Position numbers and translations under genes: made by a program
From: Acidobacteriota bacterium
Lineage (GTDB): Bacteria; Acidobacteriota; Terriglobia; Terriglobales; Acidobacteriaceae
Direction of reading: 5' to 3'
Assembly (NCBI GenBank): GCA_021803035.1
Contig: JAJZME010000067.1
Span: 14,236 to 78,235, forward strand
Length of the DNA stretch: 64,000 nt
Notes under the pieces: model-generated
What the model saw: only the letters and a program-made list of their open reading frames with translations
Told to the model about the DNA's origin: nothing
Database searches by the model: none
Part shown: piece by piece, positions 1 to 10,020 of the stretch
Position numbering within the stretch: position 1 is the first letter of the stretch
Layout of the letters: each line of letters opens with the position of its first letter

Positions 1-62
1 CTACCGCGCGGGCAAATCGGAAGCACTGAAGTTAACACATCGTCCTCATACGATTACCCTCT

Positions 63-410
63 AGGCTGAAGGCCTGACCTGCCAGCCGCGCCCTTCAGAA
101 CCAGATTTGCGCCGCAGGCAGGGAAAGCGGCCAGAGAAGAAAAGCAGTACCTCAATATGGGAAACGCGGCTATGCGGATCGGCGTTTTTCGCTGGAAACG
201 AAATTACCTGCAAAAAATCTGTGGAAAAGAAAAATATTTTGAGGGGGGGTGGTGCGCTTCAGGGGGGGTACGGACCGGGCACACTGCCGACATGTTGAGT
301 TGTGGAAATGGCCGAGACGAACACAGGAGCGGCAACTTTTATACATAGACTGATTATGCGCCGGAGGGGCGAAATTCTCTGCAAAAAGCGCCGGCTCATG
401 AAGTTGCAAA
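63..410 (+). repeat. Copy A of a paralogous non-coding intergenic element (inverted partner at 23860..24355)
   Basis: By hand alignment, 176..252 matches rc(24207..24131) at roughly 80-85% identity and 351..385 matches rc(23924..23890). Weaker homology extends left to about 63 (gctgaagg / cccttcagaaccagatttgc). Two GAAATTNNCTGCAAA sub-motifs lie at 200..214 and 371..385. The element may extend to the window edge. Confidence 0.7.
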
Positions 411-419
411 TATGCTGGA

Positions 420-1718
420 CTAGCTTTCCTGGACGGCGGGCGCAGAGACAGGAAGGGGAGCCAAGTCCGCACTGCCCGGGGATCCCCGAAAGTCTTTGCC
501 GCGCTTCTCCGGGCCGAATGTGAAGAGCAGGAGAAGCGAAACAACCACGACGGTTACGAATGCGGTCAACGCCCAGGGATATCCCAGGTGGACACGGAGC
601 ACGTACTCCACGGTAGGCGAAGACGACGCGATCAGCACGCCAAGCTGAAATACAAATCCCGGGAAGAGGCTGCGGATGGAGTCCGGAGACAACTCGGTGA
701 GGTGCGCGGGGATGACTCCATATGCGCCCTGCACGCCGACCTGCATGACGATGGATCCGAGCATCAGGACAGCCACGGAGACGCCGAAGGCCCATGCGGG
801 AATCGACAGCAGGCACAACGCCATCGCAATAATCATGGAACGGCGCCTGCCTACCCTTTCAGAGAAGTGACCGAAGAACAAGGATCCCAGGATGCCGCCC
901 AGGCTGTAGATGATGGGAATGCCGTAGACCATCTTCATGCCCAGAATCGTCTTGCCCACGAGAGCGGGAATGGTGCGCAGGAAGCCGGGATAGAGGTCCT
1001 GGCTCCCTTGCGCGAGCGAAGACATGGCCGCCATCAGCACCAGCGTATAAACGAAGAGCTTCAGGTTGGCAAACAGCGTGCGCAAGATCTCGCCGTAGCC
1101 GGGCGAGTGCTGCATCTTCCACGAGTCGGACTCCGGGGCAAACAGCGTCAGTAAGACAATGATTGCCATGACCGGGATCCCGGCCAGGAACATGATGTGC
1201 CAGCCAAACGGCGCCACCAGAACCTGCATGGCCAGAGCCACCAGCAGGTAGCCAATGGGATAACCGCCCTGCATGAATCCGGAGACGACGCCGCGCGATT
1301 CAAGCGGGCAGCTTTCCATGGCGTAGGATGCACCGATTCCCCAAAAACCACCCATGCCGATGCCGTAGAAAGCGCGCATCAGAAGGAAGAACCAGTAATT
1401 CGGCGCGTATCCGCTCAGCACGGTGAAGAGGGTGAAGAAGACCACGCAGGCTATCAGCGGGGGTTTGCGCCCGTAGCGGTCGGCGATGGCGCCAAAGAAG
1501 AACGCGCCCACCGGGCGCAGGGCAAGAGTGACGGTCAGCGAAAAGACGATGGCCGCTTTGGAGACATGAAACGCGTTCGCAAGCGGAACGAAGAGAAAGA
1601 CGACAACAAAGAAATTGAATGCGTCCAGAGTCCAGCCAAGAATGGCCGCGGTTACGGCAAATTGCCAGCGGGGTGTTTTGCTCTGGTGCGCGAGCGGCTC
1701 TGGAGATATTGCGTGCAT
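420..1718 (-). CDS. MFS transporter (paralog of 40608..41846)
   Basis: 432-aa ORF with an ATG start and about 12 hydrophobic segments. It carries the MFS loop motif GAIADRYGRKPPL. The N-terminus WTLDAFNFFVVVF aligns with the second MFS gene in the window. Confidence 0.85.
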   Translation of the reverse strand: MHAISPEPLAHQSKTPRWQFAVTAAILGWTLDAFNFFVVVFLFVPLANAFHVSKAAIVFSLTVTLALRPVGAFFFGAIADRYGRKPPLIACVVFFTLFTVLSGYAPNYWFFLLMRAFYGIGMGGFWGIGASYAMESCPLESRGVVSGFMQGGYPIGYLLVALAMQVLVAPFGWHIMFLAGIPVMAIIVLLTLFAPESDSWKMQHSPGYGEILRTLFANLKLFVYTLVLMAAMSSLAQGSQDLYPGFLRTIPALVGKTILGMKMVYGIPIIYSLGGILGSLFFGHFSERVGRRRSMIIAMALCLLSIPAWAFGVSVAVLMLGSIVMQVGVQGAYGVIPAHLTELSPDSIRSLFPGFVFQLGVLIASSSPTVEYVLRVHLGYPWALTAFVTVVVVSLLLLFTFGPEKRGKDFRGSPGSADLAPLPVSAPAVQES

Positions 1719-1944
1719 GAACGCTCCCGGATGCGTACAGGATTCAATTTAGGCGCGGTTCCTGTTGTGACGGTCCAAGGGAAGTTCTATCTATTTGCTC
1801 TTAGCCCGGTTAGTTGCATTATTCGGACGGCAAGCACCGCCGTCAAGGCCGCATGTAAATTGCGCGCCACGGAGCGGGGCGAAGCGCCTTGACGGCGGGG
1901 CAACCGGCCTTTTTGATACAAGCGGGCTAGCGATGTCCCCAAAG

Positions 1945-3552
1945 TTATCCAGCCGGCTGGAGAGTTCTTAATGCCGGGCTCAACCAGACAGAACCCGGCC
2001 GAACCTCACCAGTCAATTCGATGGGCTTTTCGGAACGATGCAGATCGTTGGCGACGAGCGAAATGTCTTCAGTCTGTGCGCCTTCCAGGCGCAGATAGAC
2101 CTTGTTCCCGGCTGGCGCGCGATTGCCATCCAACAGGCCATCCCGGACATCGCGCAGAACCACCATCGGATCGCTATTTGATCCAGCGAAATCCGATGCT
2201 CTGAGGCCGGCCGCATCTTCGCAAACCAAGGCAGGCCGCGCGTCTTTGCTCTCGCAGGTTACCTGCGTGTTCAGCAATTTGAGATTTTTTACATGACGGC
2301 AGTAGAAGCCGTAAGCAGGCAATATTCCAAACATCGCATAATCGGGGTACTTCTTGGGGAACTCCGGAATCTTCCGCGCGGCATCTTCCTTGGTGCCGCC
2401 TCCTACGCACTGAATGTCGATGTTATCGAGAGTAACGTTTTCAATCTCGCAGTTCGGCAGGCCGGAGATGGAACTTCCGATCTTGTCCGCTCCAACAATG
2501 CGAACATTGCTTATCGTAACGTTGCGAAAAGAACCCAGGCCGGGTTGGGGAGCACCCTTGTACGCAGGCCGCGCGCGATTTCCGAGCCGCAGAAAGATGG
2601 GCCCTCCTACATCGCGCATAACGATGCCCGATACGCTCACGTTTTCAAGCTTGCCGCCATCCACGGTTTCCAGGGCGATTCCCACCCGCGACTTATAAAT
2701 GGCGCAATTGGTCATGGTGATGTTTTCAAATCCGCCGACGCTTTCCGTCCCCAATTTCAACGCGTCCTGGAGGCTGCTGATTACGCAGTTCGTTACCACC
2801 ACATTGCGGCAAAGCCGATCAAGTGTGCTTTTCAGAACGATGGAATCGTCCCCTGAATAGAATTCGCAATCCGCGATTCGAACGTTTTCGCATGCATCAA
2901 CGTCGATGCCGTCATTGTTGACATTGCAGCGGCTATGGACGCTCAACCCGCGTACGAGCAGGTCTTCGCAAGCCAAATAGTGCTGCACCCACATCGGTGA
3001 ATTGAGAAGAGTCAGATCCGACACCTGAACGCGGCGGCAGTTGACCATGCGGATCAGATAAGGCCGGTTGAAAAAGGCGTGCAGCGCCTTGAACGAAGCG
3101 CCTTGCCCGTTGATCGTTCCTTTTCCAGCCAGAGAAACGTCTTCCAGATTCTCCGCGTAAATCAAGCTTTGGTTCACATAATTATCGGTATAACTCCGAA
3201 TCTCCGGCTGAACGTGAGGATAATCTGCCAGGTTCTTGCTGCCCAGCAGCTCGGCACCAGCTTCGAGATGAAGCGCTACGTGACTTTTGAGAAACAGCGT
3301 TCCGGAAAGATAAGTTCCCGGAGGTAAGTAAACCACTCCGCCGGATTGGCCTGCTGCGTCGATCGCCGATTGAATCGCTTTTGTGTCCAGCACCTGGCCT
3401 GTAGCTGACGCTCCGAAATCACGCACATTAAAGATTCCGTGCTGCGGAGGCTTTGCTGCCGGTTTCGCAAAAGCTGTTGCCGAGTACAGCGCTCCGGCGC
3501 CGCCAGCTACGCATGTTGCCAAAAAGTTCCGCCGAGTTCCGTTGCTTTGCAT
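1945..3552 (-). CDS. Glycoside hydrolase family 28-like (polygalacturonase / pectin-lyase-fold) protein, Tat signal
   Basis: Start trimmed to the ATG at 3552, which follows AAGGAG. Twin-arginine leader TRRNFLATCVAGGAGALYSATAFA. N-terminal FNVRDFGASATG..DTKAIQSAIDAA..GGVVYLPPGTYLSGTLFLKS and NNDGID motifs are typical of right-handed beta-helix GH28 enzymes. Confidence 0.8.
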   Translation of the reverse strand: MQSNGTRRNFLATCVAGGAGALYSATAFAKPAAKPPQHGIFNVRDFGASATGQVLDTKAIQSAIDAAGQSGGVVYLPPGTYLSGTLFLKSHVALHLEAGAELLGSKNLADYPHVQPEIRSYTDNYVNQSLIYAENLEDVSLAGKGTINGQGASFKALHAFFNRPYLIRMVNCRRVQVSDLTLLNSPMWVQHYLACEDLLVRGLSVHSRCNVNNDGIDVDACENVRIADCEFYSGDDSIVLKSTLDRLCRNVVVTNCVISSLQDALKLGTESVGGFENITMTNCAIYKSRVGIALETVDGGKLENVSVSGIVMRDVGGPIFLRLGNRARPAYKGAPQPGLGSFRNVTISNVRIVGADKIGSSISGLPNCEIENVTLDNIDIQCVGGGTKEDAARKIPEFPKKYPDYAMFGILPAYGFYCRHVKNLKLLNTQVTCESKDARPALVCEDAAGLRASDFAGSNSDPMVVLRDVRDGLLDGNRAPAGNKVYLRLEGAQTEDISLVANDLHRSEKPIELTGEVRPGSVWLSPALRTLQPAG

Positions 3553-3812
3553 GACATTCTGCTCCTTATCATTCCGATAGGACGGCCTGGAATGCGGCTC
3601 AACGAGCACCGCATCAAATGTCGTGGCCAGGTTGCGACTGAATGCCGCCGGTCTGCGGCTGAAGCCATTGGACAACGCCGCCAGTTTCTGAGCTTCCTTG
3701 AGCATAGAACTGGTTGACGGATAGCTGCTCAAGTTTTTCGCAGCCGGTCCAGCCACTGCCGATCGTGTCTGGACACGCAGGAAAGAAAACGGCGGGCCAG
3801 CCGGCGCGTTGG

Positions 3813-5354
3813 CTACGCCGCGGGCGAGCCTTCCGGCTTATGCAGCGGATCGTTGTCCCGATCCGTTACCTCAGTCAGCGCTGCCATTCGCTCGGCCAGC
3901 TCCGCCGTCCAGCAGCCCGGCGCGGCGCGCCAGCTCCAGTTGCCCGCGGCCACGGAGGGCGTGTTCATGCGCGCCTCGGAGCCCAGCTCGAGCAGGTCCT
4001 GCGCCGGGACCACGGCAATCTGCGCCGGGCTGGCCGCAAGAGTGCGGATGAGCGGCCAGGCGGGATGGGCGTGAACCGGCCCGACATAGGCTTCGGCAGC
4101 CTGGCGCTCAGTTTTGCTCGCGGTGCGCCACCAGCCTGCCGTGGTGTCGTTGTCATGCGTGCCGGTGTAGGCCACGGTGGCCGGCTCCATGCGGTGCGGC
4201 AGGTGCACGTGCGCGCCTTTGTCGCCGAAGCCGAACTGCAGCACCTTCATACCCGGCATGGCTAGATCCTGGCGCAGGGCGTCGACTTCGGGCGTGATCA
4301 GGCCCAGGTCTTCAGCCACCAGCGGCAGCGGGCCCAGCGCCCGCTCCAGCTCACGGAAAAGTTCCAGGCCGGGTGCCTTGATCCACTGGCCGTTGACCGC
4401 GGTCTTCTCTGCCGCGGGAATGGCCCAGTACGCCTCAAAGCCGCGGAAGTGGTCAAGGCGCACGATGTCGTACAGCTCGATGGCGCGGCGGATGCGGTCG
4501 ACCCACCATTGGAAGCCGCGCTGACGCAGTACGTCCCAGCGATAAAGCGGATTGCCCCAGCGCTGGCCGGTGACGGAAAAGTAGTCGGGCGGCACGCCGG
4601 CCACGCGCACCGGCTTGAGTGCCTCGTCCAGCTCGAAGAGCTCGGGGTGAACCCACACGTCGGCCGAATCCATGCTGACGAAGATGGCCACGTCGCCAAG
4701 GATGCGGATGCCGTGCTGCGCGGCGGCGGCACGCAAATCCTGCCACTGGCGCGCGAAGGCAAACTGCAGCGCCTTGACCTGCGCCAGCGCGCCCTTGTGC
4801 CGGGCGGCCGCGTGAGCCAGCGCCTCCGGCTCGCGGCGGCGCAGCGGCTCCGGCCACATGCCCCACGCGGCGGTGCGGAACTCGCGGCGCAGCTCGGCGA
4901 AGAGCGCGTAGTCGTTGAGCCATCCGGCCTGCACGCGGCAAAACTCTTCGAACTCGCGCCATTGGCCGGCAAGCCCGGCACCGTGCGGGCCATGGTGCAG
5001 GAAGTTGGCGGCTGCTTCGTAGAGCAGCGGGAGCTTGTATTCTTCAACCTTTTGGAAATCGACCACGCCGTTCCCGTCCGCAAGCTCCGCGATGCGATCC
5101 GGCGCGATCCAGCCCCACTCGGCCAGCAACTCCAGGCTGATCAGCGCGGGATTGCCGGCAAGGGCCGAAGACGCCGCGTAAGGCGAATTACCGAAAGCGG
5201 TGGGGCCAAGCGGCAGCACCTGCCAGATATGCTGTTTGGCGCGGGCGAGGAAGTCGACAAACTCGTGTGCCGCGGGGCCAAGGTCGCCGATGCCGCCCTG
5301 CGACGCCAGGGAAGTAACGTGCAGCAAAACGCCGGAGGAACGCTCGAAGCGCAT
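3813..5354 (-). CDS. malQ: 4-alpha-glucanotransferase (amylomaltase)
   Basis: 513 aa. N-terminus RSSGVLLHVTSLAS..GIGDLGP.A..FVDFL and motifs WGNPLYRWD, DHFRGF and YTGTHDNDT are diagnostic of GH77 MalQ. Confidence 0.92.
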   Translation of the reverse strand: MRFERSSGVLLHVTSLASQGGIGDLGPAAHEFVDFLARAKQHIWQVLPLGPTAFGNSPYAASSALAGNPALISLELLAEWGWIAPDRIAELADGNGVVDFQKVEEYKLPLLYEAAANFLHHGPHGAGLAGQWREFEEFCRVQAGWLNDYALFAELRREFRTAAWGMWPEPLRRREPEALAHAAARHKGALAQVKALQFAFARQWQDLRAAAAQHGIRILGDVAIFVSMDSADVWVHPELFELDEALKPVRVAGVPPDYFSVTGQRWGNPLYRWDVLRQRGFQWWVDRIRRAIELYDIVRLDHFRGFEAYWAIPAAEKTAVNGQWIKAPGLELFRELERALGPLPLVAEDLGLITPEVDALRQDLAMPGMKVLQFGFGDKGAHVHLPHRMEPATVAYTGTHDNDTTAGWWRTASKTERQAAEAYVGPVHAHPAWPLIRTLAASPAQIAVVPAQDLLELGSEARMNTPSVAAGNWSWRAAPGCWTAELAERMAALTEVTDRDNDPLHKPEGSPAA

Positions 5355-5469
5355 AGTGTCATTATCGACGCAGTGGCAGCGCCGGGGTAAAGCGCATTTT
5401 CAACAAACTACAATCCTTGTGACTGGCGCAAAACGCTCCGGATCGCGCTGAAGCGTCTGAATGCCACAA

Positions 5470-5497
5470 GGCCCGCATCCTCTTGTGGATGCGGGCC
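5470..5497 (-). terminator. GC-rich hairpin downstream of the ppiD-like gene (possible terminator)
   Basis: Perfect 11-bp stem GGCCCGCATCC / GGATGCGGGCC with a 6-nt loop, 32 nt after the stop of the minus-strand gene. On the transcript it is followed only by UUGUGG, which is a weak U-tract. Confidence 0.35.
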
Positions 5498-5528
5498 TGG
5501 CGGCGTTTGCCCCCTCCGGGCTAAAGTC

Positions 5529-7499
5529 CTACGTTCCCTGGTTGTTCTGTCCAGGCAGCTTGCCCAACCGGATCAGGCCGTGCCGCTGGTAGTTCTGCAC
5601 CATGGTGCTGACAAAAATATTGAAGGCATCGTTGCGCCGCTGTTGCAAAAGCGTCTCGCGGGTCTGGTCGAAGTTCTTGGCGATCTCCGCCGGCGTGGGC
5701 AGTTGCTTATCCACCACTTTCGCCACAATTCCGCCCGTCTGCGTCGCGATGGGGCCGCTGATGTTGCCCACCTTCAAGTTGAAGAGTTGCGGCGCCACCT
5801 GGCCGACCTGGCCCATGTTGGGCACCTGGCCGTACTCGGTCACCAGGCCGCTTGTCTCCACCGTTGCGCCCATCGCCTTGGCAGCCTTGGCGATACTGTT
5901 CATGGACTGCGCCTTGCTGGCCAGTTCCTGGGTCGCATTGCTGATCAAAGTGGGTAACTGGCCGTCGCGGTAATCCGACAGCACGTTGGCTTTCCACTCG
6001 GCAAAGGTCGGCGGATGCGCGGGATTGATTTCCGTCACCTGGAAGATTGCGTAGCCCTCGCCCGTTGCGGCAGACTGCGGCGGATCGCCCGGCTTGACGG
6101 CAAAAGCCTTGGCCAGAAGATGCGCACTGTCAGGCAGGGTCGAAATCATGCCTTGCTGCGCAACCGGCTTGGTGGTCACCAACTGCAGATGGTGAGCCGC
6201 CGCGGTTTTGGCCAGGCCTTCCTTGTCCGCCTGATTGGTCAGCTCCTGCGCATATTTGGTCTCCTCAGCCGCGGTCTGGTTACGAATCAGCGCGACCTGG
6301 ATTTCAGGAAGAACCTGGTTGATCGGCTGCAGTTGTGCCGGCTTGCGAGCCTCCACCTGCACCACGTGGAAACCGTACACGCTGCGCACAATCGTCAACT
6401 TGCCGATGGGTTGGGTGAAGATGGCGTGATCAAAGGTGGGAACCATGGTGCCCTTGGTCACAAAGCCAAGCTGGCCGCCCTTGTCCTTGCTACCCGGGTC
6501 ATCGGAGTACTTCCTGGCCATGGCGGCGAAGCTGGCGCCGTTCTGGATCTTCTTCAGGATCATCTCCGCCTTGGCCTTGGCCGCGGCGACCGCCTGCGGG
6601 CTGGCATTGGCCGAAACCGCGATCAGGATGTGGCGCGACTCGGCTTCCGCGGGAGTCATGTACTGGCTCTTGTGATCGTTGTAGTACTGCTCGATCTGCT
6701 GCTGGGTAGGCTGCGGAATCCCGCCCGGCAGATCGTTGGGCGTGAAGGCAAAATAGGCGATCGTGCGCTCTTCCGGTATCGCGGTCGCATAGCGCGCGGC
6801 GTTCTGCTTGAAATATGCCTCAAGTACGGCATCGGAAGGATTGATCTGGCTGCGCAACTGTTGCGCGGAGAGCACCGCGTACTCGATCTTGATTTTGGTG
6901 TTCTGCTTCAGATAGGCATTGCGCACCGTCTTGTCGCTCACCGTTACCGGCGCCGTAATCAACGCTTCGAGACGGTTGATGGCGATTTGTGTTCTGGCTT
7001 CGGTCTCGAACTGCTTGACCGACATGTTGAGACGCGAGGCGATCAGGTCGGCGTATGCCTGCTGGCCGATGAATTTGCCGTTGGGGAACAGCGCGGCGCC
7101 GAGGTTGCCGCTGTGCAGATAGGTGCGCAGGTCGCTGTTGGAGACGTGAATGCCAAGCTGCCCGGCCACCTGCAGCAGCACCTGCTGCTGCACCAGTTGC
7201 GCCCCCACCTGCGCCTCGTAGTACCGGACAATGATCGGGTTGTTGGCATACTCCGGGCTGCGGGTTTCCAGGGTCTGCTGGGCGACCACCTGCACCTGCT
7301 GCTGCGATACCGTCGCGCCGGACGAGATAAAGCGGCTGTACCAATGGGGATAAATCACGGCGTAGGTGCCGCTCGACGGCGTTCCCAGGCTGTACAAGCC
7401 TGGAATCAGGTAGACGACCATGCCCACGGACGCAGCCGCAATGACAACAATGAAAAGCGCTTTGGTGAAGCGACTGTCGGTTTGCAGGAAACGAATCAT
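5529..7499 (-). CDS. ppiD: Periplasmic chaperone / peptidyl-prolyl isomerase PpiD-like
   Basis: 656 aa with a single N-terminal TM anchor (ALFIVVIAAASVGMVVYLI), a SurA-N-like region and a parvulin block (HILIAV...GGQLGFV..GTMVPTFD...YGFHVVQV). Confidence 0.8.
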   Translation of the reverse strand: MIRFLQTDSRFTKALFIVVIAAASVGMVVYLIPGLYSLGTPSSGTYAVIYPHWYSRFISSGATVSQQQVQVVAQQTLETRSPEYANNPIIVRYYEAQVGAQLVQQQVLLQVAGQLGIHVSNSDLRTYLHSGNLGAALFPNGKFIGQQAYADLIASRLNMSVKQFETEARTQIAINRLEALITAPVTVSDKTVRNAYLKQNTKIKIEYAVLSAQQLRSQINPSDAVLEAYFKQNAARYATAIPEERTIAYFAFTPNDLPGGIPQPTQQQIEQYYNDHKSQYMTPAEAESRHILIAVSANASPQAVAAAKAKAEMILKKIQNGASFAAMARKYSDDPGSKDKGGQLGFVTKGTMVPTFDHAIFTQPIGKLTIVRSVYGFHVVQVEARKPAQLQPINQVLPEIQVALIRNQTAAEETKYAQELTNQADKEGLAKTAAAHHLQLVTTKPVAQQGMISTLPDSAHLLAKAFAVKPGDPPQSAATGEGYAIFQVTEINPAHPPTFAEWKANVLSDYRDGQLPTLISNATQELASKAQSMNSIAKAAKAMGATVETSGLVTEYGQVPNMGQVGQVAPQLFNLKVGNISGPIATQTGGIVAKVVDKQLPTPAEIAKNFDQTRETLLQQRRNDAFNIFVSTMVQNYQRHGLIRLGKLPGQNNQGT

Positions 7500-7661
7500 G
7501 GATGAACCTTACTCTCCGGACGCAAAAAATCCGCCTGGCAGGAACCGGTTGGCTCCGGAAAATTCCCCGCCCATGCGCAATTCTCGCTCACTACGACGTT
7601 CTTATTATAGACGAGGCGTAACGCAAAGATTCTGCCACCGGCCGCCGGCTTTTGCGGTCAT

Positions 7662-8282
7662 TTAGCCCGCTTCTCGACCGTTCCTGCGCGCCTCGCCGGG
7701 AAACACCGCCAACACCCGGCAGCGCTCTTTGCCGGCCGCGCTCCAGGCCAGCGCCATCTCGCTTTCCACGTAGATGCAATCACCGGCTTCCAGCGTCTCG
7801 TGCAGGCCACCGGCATCCAGTTGCAGGCTGCCTTCCAGCACATACACCACGGCGTGGGTTTCGCCGGGGCCGTTCATCGCCATGGTGGCGCCGGCCGGGG
7901 GAAACTCGATCATCTGCGCCGCCAGCCGGGCACTCTTTTCCGCCACGTTCAGCGGCGTAACGCGCACCGGCTCCGGACCGCGGCCGTTGCCCTGCAGATG
8001 CGCCTTGCGCGTGATGGAAAGCGTGTGCCGCGAGGGTTCAGCGAAGAAGAAGTTCATGCCCACGCCGTAGACACGGGTGATGACGGCCAGGGTGGGCAGC
8101 GTGGGAATCATCCGGTCCGTCTCCAGCTTGGAGAGCAGCGCCGTCGAAAGTCCCGTCTCCGCCGCCAGGCGTGAGAGCGTGAGCCGCTTCTGGATGCGCA
8201 GCGAGCGCAGTTTGACCCCGATAGAGTACGGCTCCAAAGACCATTGCGCGTAAGAGGCTGTTTTGGACCCACTCCTAGGCAT
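7662..8282 (-). CDS. XRE-family HTH regulator with C-terminal cupin domain
   Basis: HTH block LRSLRIQKRLTLSRLAAETGLSTALLSKLETDRMIPTLPTLAVI followed by a cupin-like beta region (HAVVYVLEGSLQL...GDCIYVE). Confidence 0.85.
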   Translation of the reverse strand: MPRSGSKTASYAQWSLEPYSIGVKLRSLRIQKRLTLSRLAAETGLSTALLSKLETDRMIPTLPTLAVITRVYGVGMNFFFAEPSRHTLSITRKAHLQGNGRGPEPVRVTPLNVAEKSARLAAQMIEFPPAGATMAMNGPGETHAVVYVLEGSLQLDAGGLHETLEAGDCIYVESEMALAWSAAGKERCRVLAVFPGEARRNGREAG

Positions 8283-8487
8283 ATTTCCCTCCTGAGAACC
8301 AGCTGCCGGTCGAACACAGTTTGAAAGCAGGCGGGACTCCGTCTGCGGAAGATTTCCTGAAGTTTCTCCGCGGAAGCCATTATGAAGGCGGGAGATTCAC
8401 TGTGGCATGCGGCTCGGCCCGGACGCATTGTGGTAAACAGCCACTGGGTGCAACATGTAACGTATTGAAAAGGATTGGAAACAGAAC

Positions 8488-9705
8488 ATGCGGATTCCCA
8501 TGCGCCCGATATTTGCCGCTCAGCGCCTCTCTTATCTCCGCCGGATGGCGGCCTGCGCAGTGATCGCCGCCTTGTGCGGAAGCGCGGTTTGCGCGGCGCA
8601 GAAAAAGCTGGCCACGAAGACAGCGCCGGATGTCCTGGTGCTGAGCAATGGCGACATTTTGCACGGCACGCTGGTCAGCGAAGCCGCCGGCAAGGTCACA
8701 TTCAACAGCAGCGCGCTGGGCAACGTCACGCTTCCCTGGAACCAGATCAAAGATTTGCGCACATCGGGAGACTTTGCGGTGCTGAACAGCACCGTGATGC
8801 ACCGCGGCAGAAAGAGCCTCCGTACGGTTCCGGTGGGAGCGCTGACGGTGGCAAATCAGGCCATCACCGTGCATCCGGTGGGCGCGCCGGCGCTGGCGCC
8901 GATTCCCATCACGAACGCCGCGTACATCCTGGATGAAGCCACTCTGGACCGTCAGATGAACCACACTACCGGCATCTTTGCCGGCTGGAATGGCTCGACG
9001 ACCGCGGGAGCAACGCTGGTAACCGCAACGCAAAATCAATACACCTTTTCCGGAGGTGTCAGCCTGGCGCGCGTCGCCCCGACCGTCGCTTGGCTTGAGC
9101 AGCGCAACCGCACTCTGATCGATTTCAGCGGGTCATTCGGAAAGATTACGCAGCCTGCCTACATCTCTTCAGGAACACTGGTGGCTGCTGTTGTGACCAA
9201 GACGGCCATCTATCACGCGGCGGCCGAGAACGATGAATATTTCTCCCCGCGCTTTTTCGCCTTGCAGCGAACCGCATTCGACCACAACTTCAGCCAGAAT
9301 CTGGATCTGCAGCAGATCTACGGCGGCGGCCTCGGATGGACCGCAATCAAGACCCCCAGGCAGGAAGGCGATCTGAAAGCGGCATTACAGTATGAAAAGC
9401 AGCAGTTCATTCAAGGGGGTCCGGGCTCGAATCAGAACCTGATCGCCTCCACCTTTGGCGCGGACTACGCCCTGCACCTAAAGATTTTCACCTATACGCA
9501 ATCGCTTGACTATATTCCCGCTTATAACAACCTGCATGCTTACTCCATCACGGAAACGAACCAGTTCACTTTCCCGACGTACAAGAATCTCGGCTTCTCT
9601 CTGGGCACGCTTGACAGCTACCTGAACAATCCGCCCATCTCATTACCACCCACCAAGCGGAATTCCTTTCAGTTCACGATGGGACTGACCTACACCATCA
9701 AGTAG
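8488..9705 (+). CDS. DUF481/YdiY-like outer-membrane beta-barrel protein
   Basis: Signal peptide ending CAAQ. An N-terminal DVLVLSNGDILHGTLV..GKVTF motif is repeated in YdiY-type proteins. The C-terminal half has alternating beta-strand character and ends in an aromatic-rich strand (FQFTMGLTYTIK). Confidence 0.55.
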   Translation: MRIPMRPIFAAQRLSYLRRMAACAVIAALCGSAVCAAQKKLATKTAPDVLVLSNGDILHGTLVSEAAGKVTFNSSALGNVTLPWNQIKDLRTSGDFAVLNSTVMHRGRKSLRTVPVGALTVANQAITVHPVGAPALAPIPITNAAYILDEATLDRQMNHTTGIFAGWNGSTTAGATLVTATQNQYTFSGGVSLARVAPTVAWLEQRNRTLIDFSGSFGKITQPAYISSGTLVAAVVTKTAIYHAAAENDEYFSPRFFALQRTAFDHNFSQNLDLQQIYGGGLGWTAIKTPRQEGDLKAALQYEKQQFIQGGPGSNQNLIASTFGADYALHLKIFTYTQSLDYIPAYNNLHAYSITETNQFTFPTYKNLGFSLGTLDSYLNNPPISLPPTKRNSFQFTMGLTYTIK

Positions 9706-10020
9706 AGAAACTGAGAGCGGGGAAATGAATTTCCCCGGCTGGCAAGGCGGCTTCTGCGGTTACCTCTTTCTTGAGGACAAAGGCCCAAACTACGGATACT
9801 TAAGGGTATTTGCTACCTTCCGATAGTTTACTTATTCATAAACAAGTAACCAGCTTTCGATTACTTCAAGCTCAGGAAATCGGACGAAATCTTTCCTCTG
9901 CGGAAAGAGAAACGGGGATAATTTCCCTGTTACCGCGACACCTGGGCTCCTGCGAAAAGAAGATTGCAGACTCGTCGTACATTCTTTTGTTGCCTGGGTT
10001 GCCCGTAAGACGGGCCTGCG

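Noticed and set aside
107-298. Small ORFs inside the repeat copies (63 aa at 107..298, 68 aa at 24070..24276) as a conserved micro-protein family.
   Set aside because: The two DNA copies differ by compensating indels that keep the nucleotide alignment but scramble the intervening peptide. The composition (Arg/Gly/Lys-rich) looks like translated non-coding DNA.
5464-5497. Attenuator-like alternative hairpins (CCACAAG/CTTGTGG versus GGCCCGCATCC/GGATGCGGGCC) after ppiD.
   Set aside because: The 11-bp GC stem is so much more stable that a genuine switch is unlikely. There is no leader peptide or downstream regulated gene, so I kept it only as a weak terminator call.
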